The notes under the pieces are model-generated. The model had not been told where the DNA came from. It saw only the letters and a program-made list of their open reading frames with translations, and did not search any database. DNA of 64,000 nt from Rhizophagus irregularis (taxonomy: Eukaryota), in contig NC_089429.1 in assembly GCF_026210795.1 (NCBI RefSeq), forward strand, positions 1,364,001-1,428,000, written 5' to 3'. A program made the position numbers and the translations under genes. Below are positions 1 through 15,433 of this stretch, piece after piece (the first letter of the stretch is position 1; every line of letters starts with the position of its first letter).

Positions 1-261
1 TTTTCGAATAAATTCATCAACATCATGATTTCCACTTGTCCAATTTTTGAAATTTGGTTTAAAACTACAATAATTGCAAAGTTCAAAATTTATATTAAGA
101 TGGTCACAATTTTTACATAAACCATGTTTTTTATAATGTTCTTTTAATTCTTCGTCTTTTATTAGTTTATCAATTAACGATTCCTGTTCTTCAGTCAATC
201 TCCAATATTTGAAGTCTTTTATTTGTTCTAATACATCATCGCTTAATTTAATTTCATCCAT
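1..261 (-). CDS. 5' exon of a TKL-type protein kinase (runs off window start), paralog of the gene at 6644
   Basis: Manual translation from ATG at 261: MDEIKLSDDVLEQIKDFKYWRLTEEQESLIDKLIKDEELKEHYKKHGLCKNC...FKNWTSGNHDVDEFIRK, clearly similar to the 6644 N-terminus. Confidence 0.85.
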   Translation of the reverse strand, partial: MDEIKLSDDVLEQIKDFKYWRLTEEQESLIDKLIKDEELKEHYKKHGLCKNCDHLNINFELCNYCSFKPNFKNWTSGNHDVDEFIRK

Positions 262-1099
262 TTTAATAAATAATTTAGTAAACAAAAAAATATGTTATTA
301 ATTCGTATGTAAAAAAGTTACTAGTAAAATAATAAAAGAAAAAAAGAATGAAAAAATAGTGGTGAAACGGACTGAAACGTGTGAAACGATTGAAATGAAT
401 GAAACGTGCAATTATTTTAAGATCAGCAACAAAATTATCAAAAAAGACTAGTTAAAATACACCGATCGACAATTAAATTTATTCAATTTTGGGGTTTTTA
501 TTTAAATTCTCCATAATAGGTAAGTTAAAACTAGGCTAAACTTTTACGCGATATAATATATGAGAAATGGTTCGACTGGTTCGTGAGTCGTGACCAGTCA
601 TATAATTTATTGATGTAATTAAAAGCCAATCCATTCTAGAATATTTAGCCAAAGAGAGAATTTGGGAATCTGGAATTGTTTTAAAGTGTTTTGAAATACA
701 AACCTTTTCACAACATTTATTAAATTTCAAGTTGCTTTATAGTTTGATATCGTATCAATCGTATCATTAACAATACGTCGTCATATATATTAATTTGGCT
801 TATTTGTTTATGATTTTTATTTAAAATATACTGTATATAACAAAGTAATTTCGCAAAAAATAATTTTATATTTAAATAAAATTAATCAATTTATTTACCT
901 GGAAATAATTTAAGAGAGTATTAAAAATACAAGAAGTATGAGAAGAAACGTTAATAAATATTATTATTTTAATATTCTAAATTTAGTTAGTTAAAAGTAT
1001 TAAATAAAGATAATTTTATTGGTTACTAAAATATACATTTGATTATTCTACATCAATCTTTATATAAAATCGGGGCAACAAGTTAATAAACTATTAACT

Positions 1100-1830
1100 A
1101 AATGGGACTATGCGAATGGTGGAAATTTACATAATTATTTACAAAGGAATTTTAAAATATTACGTTACGAAGAATTTCATTCGGGTATTTGTGTTTTTAA
1201 CGTATTTATCAATTCTCTATGTAATAGTTATTGTGGATATCAATGATTTTCACGGCGCAAACTGATTTATCTCACGGTATCCGTACCATAAAGCCCTTTA
1301 ATATGCTTGTTTTGGCTAATAATGATAGACTTTTCATTCTAATATTGATAGACTTTTATACCCCATCTTTTTAAATAAACACCACCCGTGAGAATACCAA
1401 GAAAAAAAACACAAATTTTAACTAGGAACAGTGGGATAAATTTAAATTTATTAACCATTTAAATTTTTTTCATTTTAGACTTAAAAATATTTACAATAAT
1501 GGTGGAAATATGTTATTGTCAAATGCGATTTGGAAAGAGACCCGCAAATAGTACTTCATTAAATAATGAAATATATATGGAGTAATACCTTATATCGTAC
1601 ATTTTCAAAAGAATCCGATATATATAGTTTGGGTATGATTATAGAATTTGTAACGAGATGTAAACCTTTTTCTAACGTTGAACATGATGTTAATCTCATT
1701 TATGAAATTATTGATGGAAAACGATCTGAAATTACAAATGATACACCTGAATGTTACGTTAGGATTCTAATCCTTTAAATAGACCAACTATTAATGATCT
1801 TTATAATACTATTAATATATGGAATAATGA
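1100..1830 (+). pseudogene. Decayed kinase remnant
   Basis: Fragments DYANGGNLHNYLQRNF (~1107) and FSKESDIYSLGMI...KPFSNVEHDVNLIYEIIDGKRSEITNDTPECY (ORF 1566-1778), broken by frameshifts and deletions. Confidence 0.75.
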
Positions 1831-3338
1831 ACTGAATTTTAGAACTGAAAAAAATATCATTATGAAGGCGTTTAACTGCAAATTTTTCGAGAAAGCGAAA
1901 TAATGATGAATTAAAGATTGAAACTCAAAAAAAGTAAAAAAAAAAATAGTAAATAAATTTGAATAAATTCATTTTAATTAAGATCCCATATAAAAAAATT
2001 GGATACGTTTTTTATAAAGTTTTTATACGATTTTTTTTTCCTTAGAAATAACGTATCATGAATGGATACGGGAAAATGCACAATTCCGTATCACTAAAAA
2101 TATGGTTTGGATATATACGGAATTTACATGGAATTCGTATGGAATTTACATGATTTGATCACTGATTTTATCATTAAATTTATATGTAAAAATTGTAAAA
2201 GATTGTTTGAAATGTTAGAATATCAAGAATTCCTACTGAAAAATATATTCATTATGCTATTATGCTAGAAACTGTAAGTGAATGAACGAATTTATTGCAG
2301 AAAATTTTATTAGTTATATAGTTAAAACTTTTGTTTTTTCAGGTTGCCGCAGTTTGATGATATGGTCAGCACTACAATTTTCTTATATCTGTTCTTTAAA
2401 AAAATTGCAGCACACTTCATGAAACTGAAAGCGAACGGTAAAGAATTATTTAAATTTTATGTTCAAGAAATTTTTCAAAAAAAAAAAACTTAGAAATGTA
2501 TTTAATGACAAGTATAAGTATTTATAACTTAAATTGGAGGTTCACCATCATGTAAAACAATTTTATAACTGAATTATTATTTTATTAATAGTATTTTCAT
2601 TAAAATTCACTATTATTTAATATAATAATAGATTAAGATGAAAATAATTAATTGATGGATTTATTTTGAGAAGTATTATGAACATATATAAAAAGTTGTA
2701 TTTTGTATTATATAATATAAAATAAAGGCTCATCTTTTTTAGAAAAAGAAATTTCTAAAAAGATGTAAAACTTATTTTAGTTTCTCAATACTACGGTCCT
2801 ACCAATAAGGACTTCCGAAGAGGTGTACTTATGCTCCACCCTGAAAAAACTCAACAACAATAAGTAAAGGGATCACTAGTTGAAGGAAAGAAATTAATGA
2901 AATATTGAAAAAGAATTAATTTTAGCAGCTTTTATATTTTTAAACATCAACTATACTGCAAGTGTAGCAAAATTTTTCCTAATTATTTAATTATAGTTTA
3001 AGAGGTATGGAATTGTTACTTATTACTATTTAAAATATTAAATTTGATTAATCTTTTAACAAAAAAAATCTATTATTATTGTAACAAGCTTCTGTAATCT
3101 ATATTATAAATATAAACCTCAAATAAACTTATATTTGTTAGCTATTCATTTGGTACAGCTAGCAAGCTTTAAAATAAGTGTTAATTAAACGAAAGCATTA
3201 AATATTAACTATCAGATAATGCAGATTTCGTTATGGCACTGTCCTCAAATGCTTGTCAGGATTAATTAGCATTTTAATAAAGGTTTTACCACTTTTAAAT
3301 ATACATTATTAAATTGGGTAACATCAAACAATGTTATT

Positions 3339-3740
3339 TTATTTAGTAAAATTGTAAATAATATCATCCAATATATTAATATATAAATCAAAATATCTTT
3401 TAACAATAATATCATATGATCTAAATTCCTTTACTTCATATTTCAAATCAGCCAATTCACGTCTAACTTTAATGGCCAAATATTTAACCCTTTTCTTCTT
3501 CATAATATATTCCTTTGTATAAAATAAGATACCTTCGTATAAATCTTGCGTTATATCATTAATCAGAAATTTATTAACAAAAGTATTTTGAAAATCTACT
3601 AAGAACATTTTAAAATCATCTGCTGTAATAAAAAAAAGTTCTAAATGTAAATATTCTAATTTAGAAGGAAGAACTCGTCCTAAATTTTGTAATATGATTT
3701 GACTTAACTCTTGATCGTCCAAATCAATAGAAATATAATT
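3339..3740 (-). pseudogene. C-terminal fragment of an F-box-like family gene (same family as 31248-32789)
   Basis: IILQNLGRVLPSKLEYL...KKKRVKYLAIK aligns with IILKNLGQILPSKLDYI...RVKYLAIR; no N-terminal part visible. Confidence 0.7.
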
Positions 3741-5199
3741 AATAGTTTGTCCTATATAAAAAAGTAATTATTAGGTAAGGTAAAAAAACGTTGTATCAAA
3801 TTTCCGTCATGTTCATAAGTTTTAAAAATTGCATTCTTTCCATTCTTTCCAATTTAAGAATAGATGATTGATTATAATTAGAGAATTTTGCTATTTTAAC
3901 CAAAAGATTTTTCCCATCATACAAGGTAATAAAGTAGCCTATAAAGAATTGTGTTTTTAGTACGTTTTAACCCATTTTTATTTTAAACCTTTACTTTTTT
4001 AATTATATGAAACCTAAATACACATTGCTTAGTATAAATTGTTGAATACATGAAAATTAATTTTGAAAGAAAATAGATAGGGTTACCATGTTTATTTCTA
4101 AAATGTTAATAAAATGTTAGCACATATTTATACTATTTAGCTTTATAAATACCCATGAATATGTAAATATATTTTTTTAAGAAAAATACTTACGGACAGT
4201 TCAAACACTTAATTTCTTGGTGAGTTATACATTTTATGTTGTGATGGGAGTTCGTTTTCTTCGAAGTTCTCTAGTAAAAGTTCACTTAAGGAATTTCGCT
4301 TTCCAAGAGAGGTTTTTCAGTTTCACTCATTTCTTATAAAGTTAGATCGGGATATCATACTATACTATTTTGGATCTGTAAAATATTGCTTTCCTCCGCT
4401 TATTTCCGTCTCTCCTTTTTATTATTGTTTAGAATACTTTAGGGAATGTTTAAGAGTTACTTACTACCTTATGATATTATTTAATTTTTTAATAAAAGAA
4501 AAATAAATAAAAAAAATTTATATACATCGAAAATCAGAAGATATTTTCGTTAATATTATTCTGTTCTTTTTTTATTCCAAATAAAAAAAAAAAGAAAATT
4601 TATAAATCATTTTTCATTTTCTTCTTTTTCTTCTTATTTATTCTATTTGTTTTCCTTGAAAAAAAAGATCGTTATTTCCAAATTAATAATAAAACGTATT
4701 TAATAAAAAACGTTAAAAACATACTTTTGAAAACTTTTCCCACAAAAAAAAAAAAAAAGATTGGACTTCTCTTTTAAATTAGTGCAATAATAGTGGGTAT
4801 CATATCCTAAAAAGTCTTTTATCACGATCAAGTAAAAAATGATTTCGAAAAAATTCCATCAATACCTACACTAAAATTTTATGTGGGCTATGATTAAGAA
4901 AAAATCTCAAGATATATTCAAGTTATTGGGGATTTCTCATGAAGTAATTCTTAATTTTATCACGTTTTTAAAATGAATTTTTTTATGAACGAACGCTGGA
5001 CCATAACTTTCTTTTATTTTCAAGATGTTGAATATATAAAGAAATTTTAACAAATTAGGTAAGTATCTTTTTTATTTATTATGGCAAAAAAAATAACCAA
5101 ATAGCAGCGCAAAGTATAAATAACAAATAAAAAGCTTTTTTTTTTATTTTTAAAAAAATAAATATTTTATAATAAAAACCCTAAACCTTTTTTTTAGAC

Positions 5200-5830
5200 G
5201 TAACGCAAGCAAAGAAGTTGGCAATGCTGCGTTTAATCGAGTCTTGTTACATGATGTCATTGGCGATAATGTTTTCAAATTATTCAACTTGCTGATGGAT
5301 TATAATTCAAATATCCCTATAAATATTTATGATATGATGCAACGTACAACCATTCAAGTTGCTTTCGCTTATAAATTTGGTCTAAGTTATTAATGTCCTA
5401 ATTTAAAAGAATAACATATTTATACATATTTATTTAAATATCAGCGTCGCTATCACCTCGCTAAATATCCTGTGGTTTAATTTTAAAAAATATTTCATTA
5501 ATTCGTCTAACAATTCCAAACGTTTACGCCATTATTATTCCTCCAAAATCTTATAAGTGTCAATGTTTGACACGTTCATCATGATCCTAAAATTTGGAAA
5601 AATCCAAATCAATTTAACCCTTGAAGATTTTTAAACGGTGAAAAGAGACATTTGGACTCCTTTCAGTGACGATCCAAGAAATTGGTATGTAATCAAATCG
5701 TATTTCCTTATTAAAATGTAAATCGTATAAGATTCTAAATGAACTTTACATATTATATAAGTGCCGGTCAAAACTTCTCTTTAATGGAATATACATGTAT
5801 ATATATATATAATGCCGTATCCATAATACG
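5200..5830 (+). pseudogene. Cytochrome P450 pseudogene remnant
   Basis: 5573-5640 reads VHHDPKIWKNPNQFNP*RFLNG (PERF region with a stop). It is followed by PFSDDPRN(C), an intron, then AGQNFSLME, a degenerate FxxGxRxCxG haem motif. The left boundary is approximate. Confidence 0.7.
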
Positions 5831-6643
5831 TAAGTAATTTTTTAAAGAACCATTTTTTTTATTTAGTTAAAAATATTTTTATTATTTTATTTTTTAAATA
5901 TTTATATCAAAAATGTAGATTTTAATAGACTTTACGTTAATTACTCATAAGTCATAATATAAAAAAGTCTAGCCTAACTTTATTTTAATAGTAAATCAAT
6001 AGCCATCTATTATTAAGAAGTCATGAAAAATCTTAATAAACGAACGTTGCTTATTACAGTAATATGCTGCGCCACAACTACAACTTCGTTCAACTTTCAA
6101 TTTATTTGATCCTTTAGTATTCTTTGTTGTATCCCTCCTTAAAATTCTATAGTTTGAACATGCTGTTATATTATAACTGCAAGAAATTATTTAATTTATG
6201 TTTTATTACTTTTGGAATAAATTTAATAATATTATTTATTTATCTAAGCAATTTATATAAAAATTTTAATTTAATTTTCTGGTTTCATTATAATTTTTTT
6301 ACCAACAGTTGAAATTTCCTAATTACTTTAAAGGTTAATTAATTGAATTATACTTCCATTTATTTAATGATTAAATAACTTCTTAGTTGAATCACAATAA
6401 TTCAATCGTAAAAGAATATCACTATCAATAACAGAATGTATTAAAAGATAATAAATAATTGCTGATTAAAAAATCTTATAAAATATTGTAGTTGCTTTTT
6501 GTGTAACAATATTTTTATTTTTGTGATCATCAGCTGATTTAAAATTTGTCGATCACTGCAGTGCAACATATTAAAGGCGTAAATTTTTTTTTTTTTTAAA
6601 AAAAACTATTCATTTTTTACATAAAATTGACCAGTAATCTAAT

Positions 6644-8353
6644 ATGGAAGAATTTAAGCTCAGCGATGATGTATTTGAGCAAATAAAAGATTTTAACCAT
6701 TGGGAATTAACAGATGAACAAAAATTGTTAATTGATAAGTTAATATTAAATGAAGAATTAAAAGAACGTTATAAATGTAATGGTTTGTGCAAAGAATGTA
6801 AACAGCCTAATACTGGTAATGGTTGGTGTAAGTCATGTAATGTTAAGCATTTCCAACAAAATTTCAACAATTGGACTAGTGGAAATAATGAAGTTGATAA
6901 GTTTATTCAAAAAACACAACTCAGAGCTAAACGTTATGAAGAAATTTTAGAGTGGATTGAATATGATAGATTTGAAAATGTTGAATATTTGGCTAAAGGA
7001 GGATTTGGAACTATTTATAAAGCAATTTGGAAAGATGGATATATAGAAGAATGGGATTCTGAAAATAATCAATGGGAGAGAAAAGAATATTGGATCCAAC
7101 ATAAAAATTTTCCTGTTGTTTTAAAATGTTTACATAATTCTCAGAATGTTACATCCGAATTTTTAAGAGAAGTAGGTTACTTATTTGTATATAATTTTCA
7201 AACTACTGTTCCAATATAAATGTTAAACTTACTATTATTTATTATTATTATTATGGATTCTTTTTTAGATTGAATCACATACCATGATTATTTCAGATGG
7301 TGTAACTCGATGTTTTGGCATTACTAAAGATCCAGAATCTAATAATTTCATGATGGTAATAGAATACGCAGAAGAAGGTAGTTTAAGACAATATTTAAAT
7401 AATACATTTAATTCAATAAAGTGGGTAGATAAGTTGAATATTTTACAAAGGATTGCAGCTGGCCTCTTATCCATTCATGAAAAAGAATTAATTCATCGTG
7501 ATTTTCATTGTGGTAATATGTTAAAAGATAATGACTATACTATTATTACTGATTTAGGATTATGCCAACCAGCAAATGTAAAACCTTCTCAAAATGAATA
7601 TGAAAAACAAGTATATGGAGTATTACCTTATGTTGCGCCTGAGGTTTTAAGAGGAAAAGAATATACTCAAGAAAGTGATATTTATGCATTTGGAATTATT
7701 ACATATGAAGTCTGTACAGGGCTTCCTCCTTATCATGATATTGCTCATGATAAAATCTTAGCTATTAGCATTTGTCAAGGGCTTAGGCCAAAATCTGATT
7801 ATAAAATTCCTCAACTAATTTTGAACATAATTAAACAATGTTGGGATGCTGATCCTTCAAAACGACCTAAAGCAAATGAATTATATGATTCATTAGATAA
7901 TTTATATGATAAATTACTTGATGATAGTGATGATAGTGAAATCAAAAAGCAGGTTGAAGAAGCAGAAAGAATTAATGAAAAGATTACTTCTACTTCATTA
8001 CCATATAATGGTACTACTCTTTCATATACTACAAATCCTCAAGCAGTTTACACAAGTAGACTTTTAAACTTTAAAAATCTACCAGAACCAAAAAATGCTA
8101 TTGATAACAAAGATGACAATAATTCAATTGGAGAATATTCAGGTAATTAATGTTCTAGTTTATATTAGAAAAAGTATTCTTGAAATACTTATAATTTACA
8201 ATTATTTTTTTGTTTTCTAGAATCCATAGAAGCAATCGATTTCACTAAACTCAATCTAGGTACTCATTTACATTAACTTGCTTTTTGCATGATAATTTTA
8301 CTAATATTGTTAACAATTTATTTTAATTCATTCTTGTAGATAAAGACAACTAA
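6644..8353 (+). CDS. TKL-type protein kinase with Cys-rich N-terminus; exons 6644-7171, 7269-8142, 8221-8259, 8340-8353
   Basis: GGFGTIY, VVLK, HRDFHCGN, DLG, YVAPE and SDIYAFG motifs; GT-AG introns keep the frame to TAA at 8351-8353. Confidence 0.9.
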
Positions 8354-10040
8354 GAAAGGAAATTTACAAATATTCAGAATATAAATTTCTTTATTCGTAT
8401 ATATTATTTTATTATTTATTTTCTTTATCATTTTTACAGTATGTGTATTTTATTGGATTATATTTGTTATTATTAAAATTTTATAAATAAATTTTTTATA
8501 ATTAAACCATGTTGAACATCGAGTAATACTAATCATAAAATATCACGTCCAAATTCAAGAATTCTAAAGAGGAATACACAAGGAATATTAAAAGAGTTAA
8601 ACTATATGATGTTAAATTTGAAAATGTGACTATAGAATCAAGAAAAATATAAATAATGTAATTTATTACTTCGTTATAATTTTATAGTATACAGTACATA
8701 TAGTGATTCATCCTATTTATTTTTATAATAAAATATAATTGTATTCAAATATTTGAACAATTAGAATTTTTTTAATGATCGATCCAAATGTAGTTATTTT
8801 TCAAACAATGAAAAATTGGCGTAACATAAATATTTATATCTAGATTACCTAACCCGGGTCAAGCAACTGACTTGACGATGAAGTCAGGACTCAAAGCCAT
8901 AGTGCGGGCAAAAATTGTACTGACCAGCATTACTGATCACGTATATTTTAATTTGATCAACCACGTGACTGAAAGGCACATGCCCGTCATTGTAGTATCT
9001 CTTAAATGATAGCTATTGTTCTAAATTCCGCGGAATTTTCAGGATTTCCGCAGAGGATTCCATGGAATTTCATTGTATTACAGTTTAGATCGGCACATGA
9101 GTAGTGGTAAATCGCAGCCAAATTTAGCTGCAAAACACTTTAAGGGATAACATTCACAAGTAAAATTTCATTTGCATATTTTATTAATTTTTATTATACA
9201 GTAAGTATTGATATTGAATAATTTGGACAATTCCATTATAAACGGATTCGTTACATTTCTAATATTACTTTCTATAGATTCTTTATAACATATTTTTACT
9301 TCTATTAAACGCGAAATAATGAATTTTCAAAAAAGATTTTTCTCCATTTCATTAACTTTCATTACCAACTCACTCTAATCAAACCTTCATATAATCTTTG
9401 TGCCTCGTTGAACCAAATAATTTTGTTAATTCTGAAAGACCGCAGTAAGCACGTGACTGTTTTGAATTATCATTCGGTACAAAAAAATACGAAAAATAGT
9501 GGTGAAGGCTTAAACAAATTTATTATTAATTACCTCGCTTTGCTCCGGACAATAAAAAAATTTGAATACCAATTAAAATACTTGTGGCGATATATTTTCA
9601 GTAATTTCGAATATATTTTTAAATTTTTATTTTTATAATTTATATTGATTACAATTTTTATACTACTACTTAGGCAAACTTCAACAATGACCATTATGCA
9701 AGTTATGGTTTAATTTACATCATAAAATGTAATATTGTCATTATTGTTATTGAAACTTTATTTGGTTTCAATTATTTAAATTCTCGCACTGATCTCACAT
9801 ACTGCATACTCGCATCAATCTTTACTATAATTAGATGTGGTCATATGTAATATCATATATATTGTATGCATGGTGCAAAGCATGCAAAGCAAAATGATAT
9901 GCTTACAACATATATGCATCACTCAGCATGACATGAAACATATCAACTAAGCATTATATAATCACTTTTTTTTTTATAAATTGTTAATTTTTTTTTTTCG
10001 TATCAAGTTCCTTAAAAGATACACAAGAAAAAAAAAAAAA

Positions 10041-13000
10041 ATGTCGTTGGCAAATTCATCGGACCGAAATGGTTGGATTACTGATATGTTGTACAAAGAA
10101 CATATTACATTTCACGAATTTCATACTTTTGATAACATAAAATATATCGGGGATGCTGCGGCCAGAGCTTATACAGTTAATTCAAGAATTTATAATAAAC
10201 CCATGCTTATGAAACCTATAATTTTTAATCAATCTTTTACCATTCAAGACTTTGTGAATGAGGTATATGTCACACAATTAATATTATATTATTGTATTTT
10301 TATACGTTTTAAAAAATAAATTTTTTTTTTTTAAAAAAAAAATTATTATTTTTATTATATTATTATTTTTATTTATATTATTTTTTTTTTTTTTAGGTAA
10401 TACAACACCGAAAAGTCGAGTTGCACGATAATATTATACGTTTCTATGGTGTAACTAAAGAAGGTATGCTCTTACTATAATTTATTTAATGTATCAAATA
10501 ATAATGTTTCAAAAAATTTTTTTTTATTTACGACGGATTTTTTAATGGACAAGAAAATATTTGAGAAAAAAAATAATACAACATCCAAATGTATTTATTA
10601 CCTAGATTTTATCTTAAATATTAACCGAAACAATAATAAGCCGATATTAAACACAACCTTGAATTACGTGTTAAAGGAATTACGTGTTAAAGGCGCAGCA
10701 AAATTTAAGAGAGTACTCGATAAAAAATTAATTTTGCAAATTTCAATTATTCAAATTTTATTACGCTCGTTAACGATTAGATCGAGGACAGTATCAATAT
10801 ATGCTACTTCTGGAAGATACTGATGAAGGAACACTTCGTGATTACTTGAAGAAATCGTTTTTACAACTTAAGTGGGACGTTAAATTAAAATTTGCAAAAC
10901 AGCTTGTGAGCGCGGTAAATTGTTTACACGAAAATGATATCGTTCATCAAAATTTAGTAAGTCGATATTTTTTTTTTTATATTATTGATTAATTTTCATA
11001 TTCATTGAACATTACTAACGTAATTATGATTCGAATCCAGAATCCTGAAGATATTCTTATTAAAGGTGGAAATATCAAATTGGGCGGTTTCGGTCTTACC
11101 AAAAAAATAAAAAAGTTAACGAATGCTGTTTCAAGAATTTATGGTGTTTATATTCAATATGCTGACCCAGAATATTTGAAAAATCATCAAGAATTTATTA
11201 GAAATAAAAAATCGGATGTATATAGTGTTGGTGTCTTACTTTGGCAAATTTCAAGTGGAAGAGTTCCATTTGAATTTGAATTACCTGATTTTAGTTTAGT
11301 TCAATTAATAATTGAAGGGAAAAGAGAAATTTCTATTAAAGGAACTCCAAGTAAATATATCGATATTTATACAGGTAAGCAAATAAACTATCGTTAACTA
11401 TTTTTTTTCTTTATTTTATTTTAACATTTTATATATATATTTAGCTTGTTGGGAGGGAAATCTGAAGGATAGACCAAGTATTAAACAAGTTTTAAGAAAC
11501 ATTGACGAGGTAGAAATAACTAAAGACGTAACAAAGGGATTAAATTATTTTTTTAAAAATGATATCTCATCCTCCAGGACAACAACCGGTAACGACAATC
11601 ATGTTGATCATGATTGTTATATTTTAAATAGGAAAAAATCAATTTCTTCAATATTATCAAGTTCTTCATCAACAATATTAGATTTATTAACCATGTATAA
11701 GACGAAATATAAGAATGATGATAATAAATCCTGTATTATTATTGGTTCGAGTAATTCTTCAGCCGTCGATTCTGGTTCAACATTAGTAGAAAATTCCAAC
11801 GAAAAAAATTCTTTAGATGAATTATTATCTAAACCTGGAACAACTTTAGAAATTAAATATACTTTAGAAAATATGAACAAAGATATTAATGAATTAATTT
11901 TACAAAAATTATTATTGGAATTTATTTATCAATTTTATATATCAAATAATAAGGTCATTAATTCAGAATGGTTAAATGAATTTATTAAAAATCATCGTGG
12001 TATTAACGAACATTTATCATCAAAATATTTATTAGAAATGATGTTAAATCATAAAAATCAAAATTATTTTACAAATTTACTTGGTTACTTTTATGAAAAT
12101 GGTATTGGATGTGATAAAATGGATTTTATGAAAGCTTTTGAATATTATTTAAAAGGTTCAGTGGATGATGATTATTATTTTGATATAAAACAAAAATCAT
12201 TTAATTCAAATTTTTATAATATTAATAAATATGATAAAAATTCTTTTATTAGTTTGAAAATTATTCTTATATCTATTGGACAATATTTTTTAGGATTATT
12301 TTATTATAAGGGAATAAATGATAGTATAGAACAAGATTTTGAAAAAGCATTCGAATGGATTTCGAAATCTTCAGAAAATGGAAATCTTGTAGCTCAATGT
12401 ATGCTTGGATACTTTTATGAACATGGAATTGGAACACCTGAAAATGAAACAAAAGCATTTGAATGTTATATAAAATCGGCTGAAGGTGGGAATGCATGTG
12501 GACAATGTAATATTGGATTATGTTATGATAACGGATCATTAGGAATTGTTCAAAATAAATATGAAGCGTTTAATTGGTACTTAAAAGCAGCTGAAGGTGG
12601 CGATTCTTCTGGTCAATATAATCTTGGTTTATGTTATGAAGAAGGAGTTGGTACGATTAAGGATGAAAGTAAGGCTTTTGAATGGTATTTAAAATCTGCT
12701 GAAAACGGAAATGTATCTGGTCAATGTAAAGTTGGAGTATGTTACGAAGAAGGAATTGGTGTTGAGAAAAATGAATATAAAGCGTTTAAATGGTATTTAA
12801 AATCTGCAGAAGGGTATGATATTTTGGGACAATATAATCTTGGATTATGTTATATGAAAGGAATAGGTATCAATAAAGACGAAGAGGAAGCATTTAATTT
12901 ATTTTTAGAATTTGCTAAATCAGGAAATAATCTTGTCCAATCTTGTTTAGGATATTGTTATGAGAATGGAATTGGAACATATAAAGATGAAAGTGAAGCA

Positions 13001-13447
13001 ACTAAATGGTATTTAAAATCTACGGAAGGTGGAGATATTTTAACCAATCATAATCTTAAATTATGTTTTAAAAATATGAAGGATAAAGATCAAGCGTTTA
13101 AATGGTATTTAAAGTTTGCAAACCATGGAAATTCACTTGCTCAATATTATTTAGGAGATTGTTTTGAAAATGGTTTAGGCACGATAAAAAATAATGAGCA
13201 AGCACTTGAATGGTATTTAAAATCTGCTGAAGGAGGTAACGAAGATGGTCAATATAAAGTTGGTTATTATTACCAAAATGGTATTGGTATAATTAAAGAT
13301 GAACAAGAAGCGTTCAAATGGTATTTAGAATCCGCAAAAAATGGAAATTCTAAAGCACAATCTGCTGTTGGAATTTGTTTTATGTATGGTATTGGTATAA
13401 AAAAGAATATTTTTGAAGCAATTATGTGGTTTCAAAAAGCAAAATAA
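10041..13447 (+). CDS. Kinase-like domain plus Sel1-like repeat protein; exons 10041-10262, 10397-10463, 10781-10956, 11041-11374, 11445-13447
   Basis: Spliced frame is open. YADPEY and SDVYSVG kinase motifs, then repeated AQxxLGxCYExGIG...AFxWYLKSAE Sel1 units. Confidence 0.88.
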
Positions 13448-15336
13448 AAAAAAAATATTAAGGATTAAATTAAGTTTAAAATTAATAGTAAGACATGATA
13501 TTTGATTTTAATTAAGATTTTAGTTTAAAATTAAGATGATAAAAATAATTAAGATAATATTAAAACAAAAATAACAAATGTAATAACAAATGTAATATAT
13601 TTAAGTTACAATATTTGACAATAAATTCATAATTAGTAAATCTTTAATATACAAAATTTATAAATGCCTTGAATCTATTAATAATAATTAAAATATACAG
13701 TAAACTGTTAATATCTTTTTACATTATTACTCATATATCGTTTCGAATTTGCCTTAGATTTTAGCAGGAAGTGTTATATACAGTACTTCTACGCTTGATG
13801 ACATCATGTCAGATGTCCGTGTATTGTGTAAATTCCAATTATTTCGCTCATCTAACCTTCATTTCGTCAATATTTTATTTTATTGTAGGTTGATGAGAAA
13901 AACAAAATCTATTCATAAAGCACATGGCTTTGTATAACTCTTCAATCTTTCATAATGTTCATAATGTTCAAACTCAATGAGGTATTCATCAGAATTCATG
14001 GAACAAAACATAAAGATCTTGAGGAAACAAATTTAAAGAAATTACTTACATTATATGATATTATATACAGCGTGAATTTGCCAAACATAAAATAAACACA
14101 AAACTCCGAAAACCACATTGCAAATAGTTGGAATATTTGAATGTTATAATCTACTATTAATGTCCAGCAATTCAGATATTATATTATTATGCTCCGGGAT
14201 TACCGTATGGAGATGCCTTCTTTTCATTAGATCTACCGAATACCAAGAGTCTGAACTAAATTCAGCAATCAGCCAAAAATTTTATCACATAGAACGTGAA
14301 AAATCTTTATCAAAAGCTGATTTTTTTATACTATTTACAACTTCAGTACAATCTGAATTGTAGATGGGAAAATTCTTAAGAACTGTACTTTTAATTTTTA
14401 TTTTTATCTTGTTTATATTTTTTTTTTGTAGTACAAAATTTCAGTAGGACCCCTACTGACATAGATGAGAGGAGACAACGCGTCGCAACCTTAGTAGCCT
14501 TCATTTAGTCAGAATTTTAAAATGCGTATAATTTGCCAAAAATAAAATTTTCGATAGTTAGACTTTAACTTTGCGTAATTTTAGTTGGATTTTAAAGATA
14601 GTACGATATTGGATTTGCTTATTTTGAAGATATTACATATATCACGATAATCAATAAAAATAATTTTTTTCCTTTTAAAATTCTTTTTTTATTGCAAAAT
14701 GTTTCGTTGGAAATATCGTAAAGAGCGATTAGCTAAGTATGAATATGTTACCCACATTGTTCATTCAAATAAAAAAAAGTAGCGTGTATATGTGGAAAAT
14801 TAAATCGCAAATATAAAAATGATTATTTAAATAGACATGCGGCAAACCAGCTACAGATTCAATGGATTCAATGGATGAAGATTATTTTTTACAGATTGAT
14901 GATGAAAGTGACGAATATAAGATTTTAAATTGATTTAAGGTTAGAGGATTACGAATTTACGGTGCGTATTTTATAAAAATTTCAGGAGTCAGGAGCTACA
15001 AATGCGTACTGATCATAGTAATAGTAAATTTTTTTTTGCTGGATCTCACCTATATTAGTAATGTTTAGGTCCTATTTCAGTGGCGGGACGCATGCCTTTG
15101 CCACTTGTTCCAATATTAACGTTCATAAACATATATGGTCCTTCGCTTCGCTCTCCAGACAATAAAAATTTTTTTTTTCAAATAATCAAAGGACTACGCT
15201 CTAAGACTAATATCAACGACATAGATGATAGATGTACGAAAATATACATTTATACAACGTCTGTATAAATTTTTTAAACTAGAACTACCTAAAATAAGAT
15301 AAAACAAAACACTAAACCTAACTACCAAAATACATA

Positions 15337-15433
15337 TACCCTGTAAAAAAATTTTCAAGAAAAATGATTACATGTCTGAATTGAAAAATGATCATTTATT
15401 GGAGTTTTTTCCAGAATTTTTTTTATAGGGATA
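15337..15433. mobile_element. Small MITE
   Basis: Inverted ends ccctgtaaaaaaatt / aattttttttataggg; related copy at 16113-16228. Confidence 0.55.

Noticed and set aside
12273..12539. Antisense ORFs here and at 7265, 11617 and 24223
   Set aside because: Shadows of real plus-strand coding sequence.
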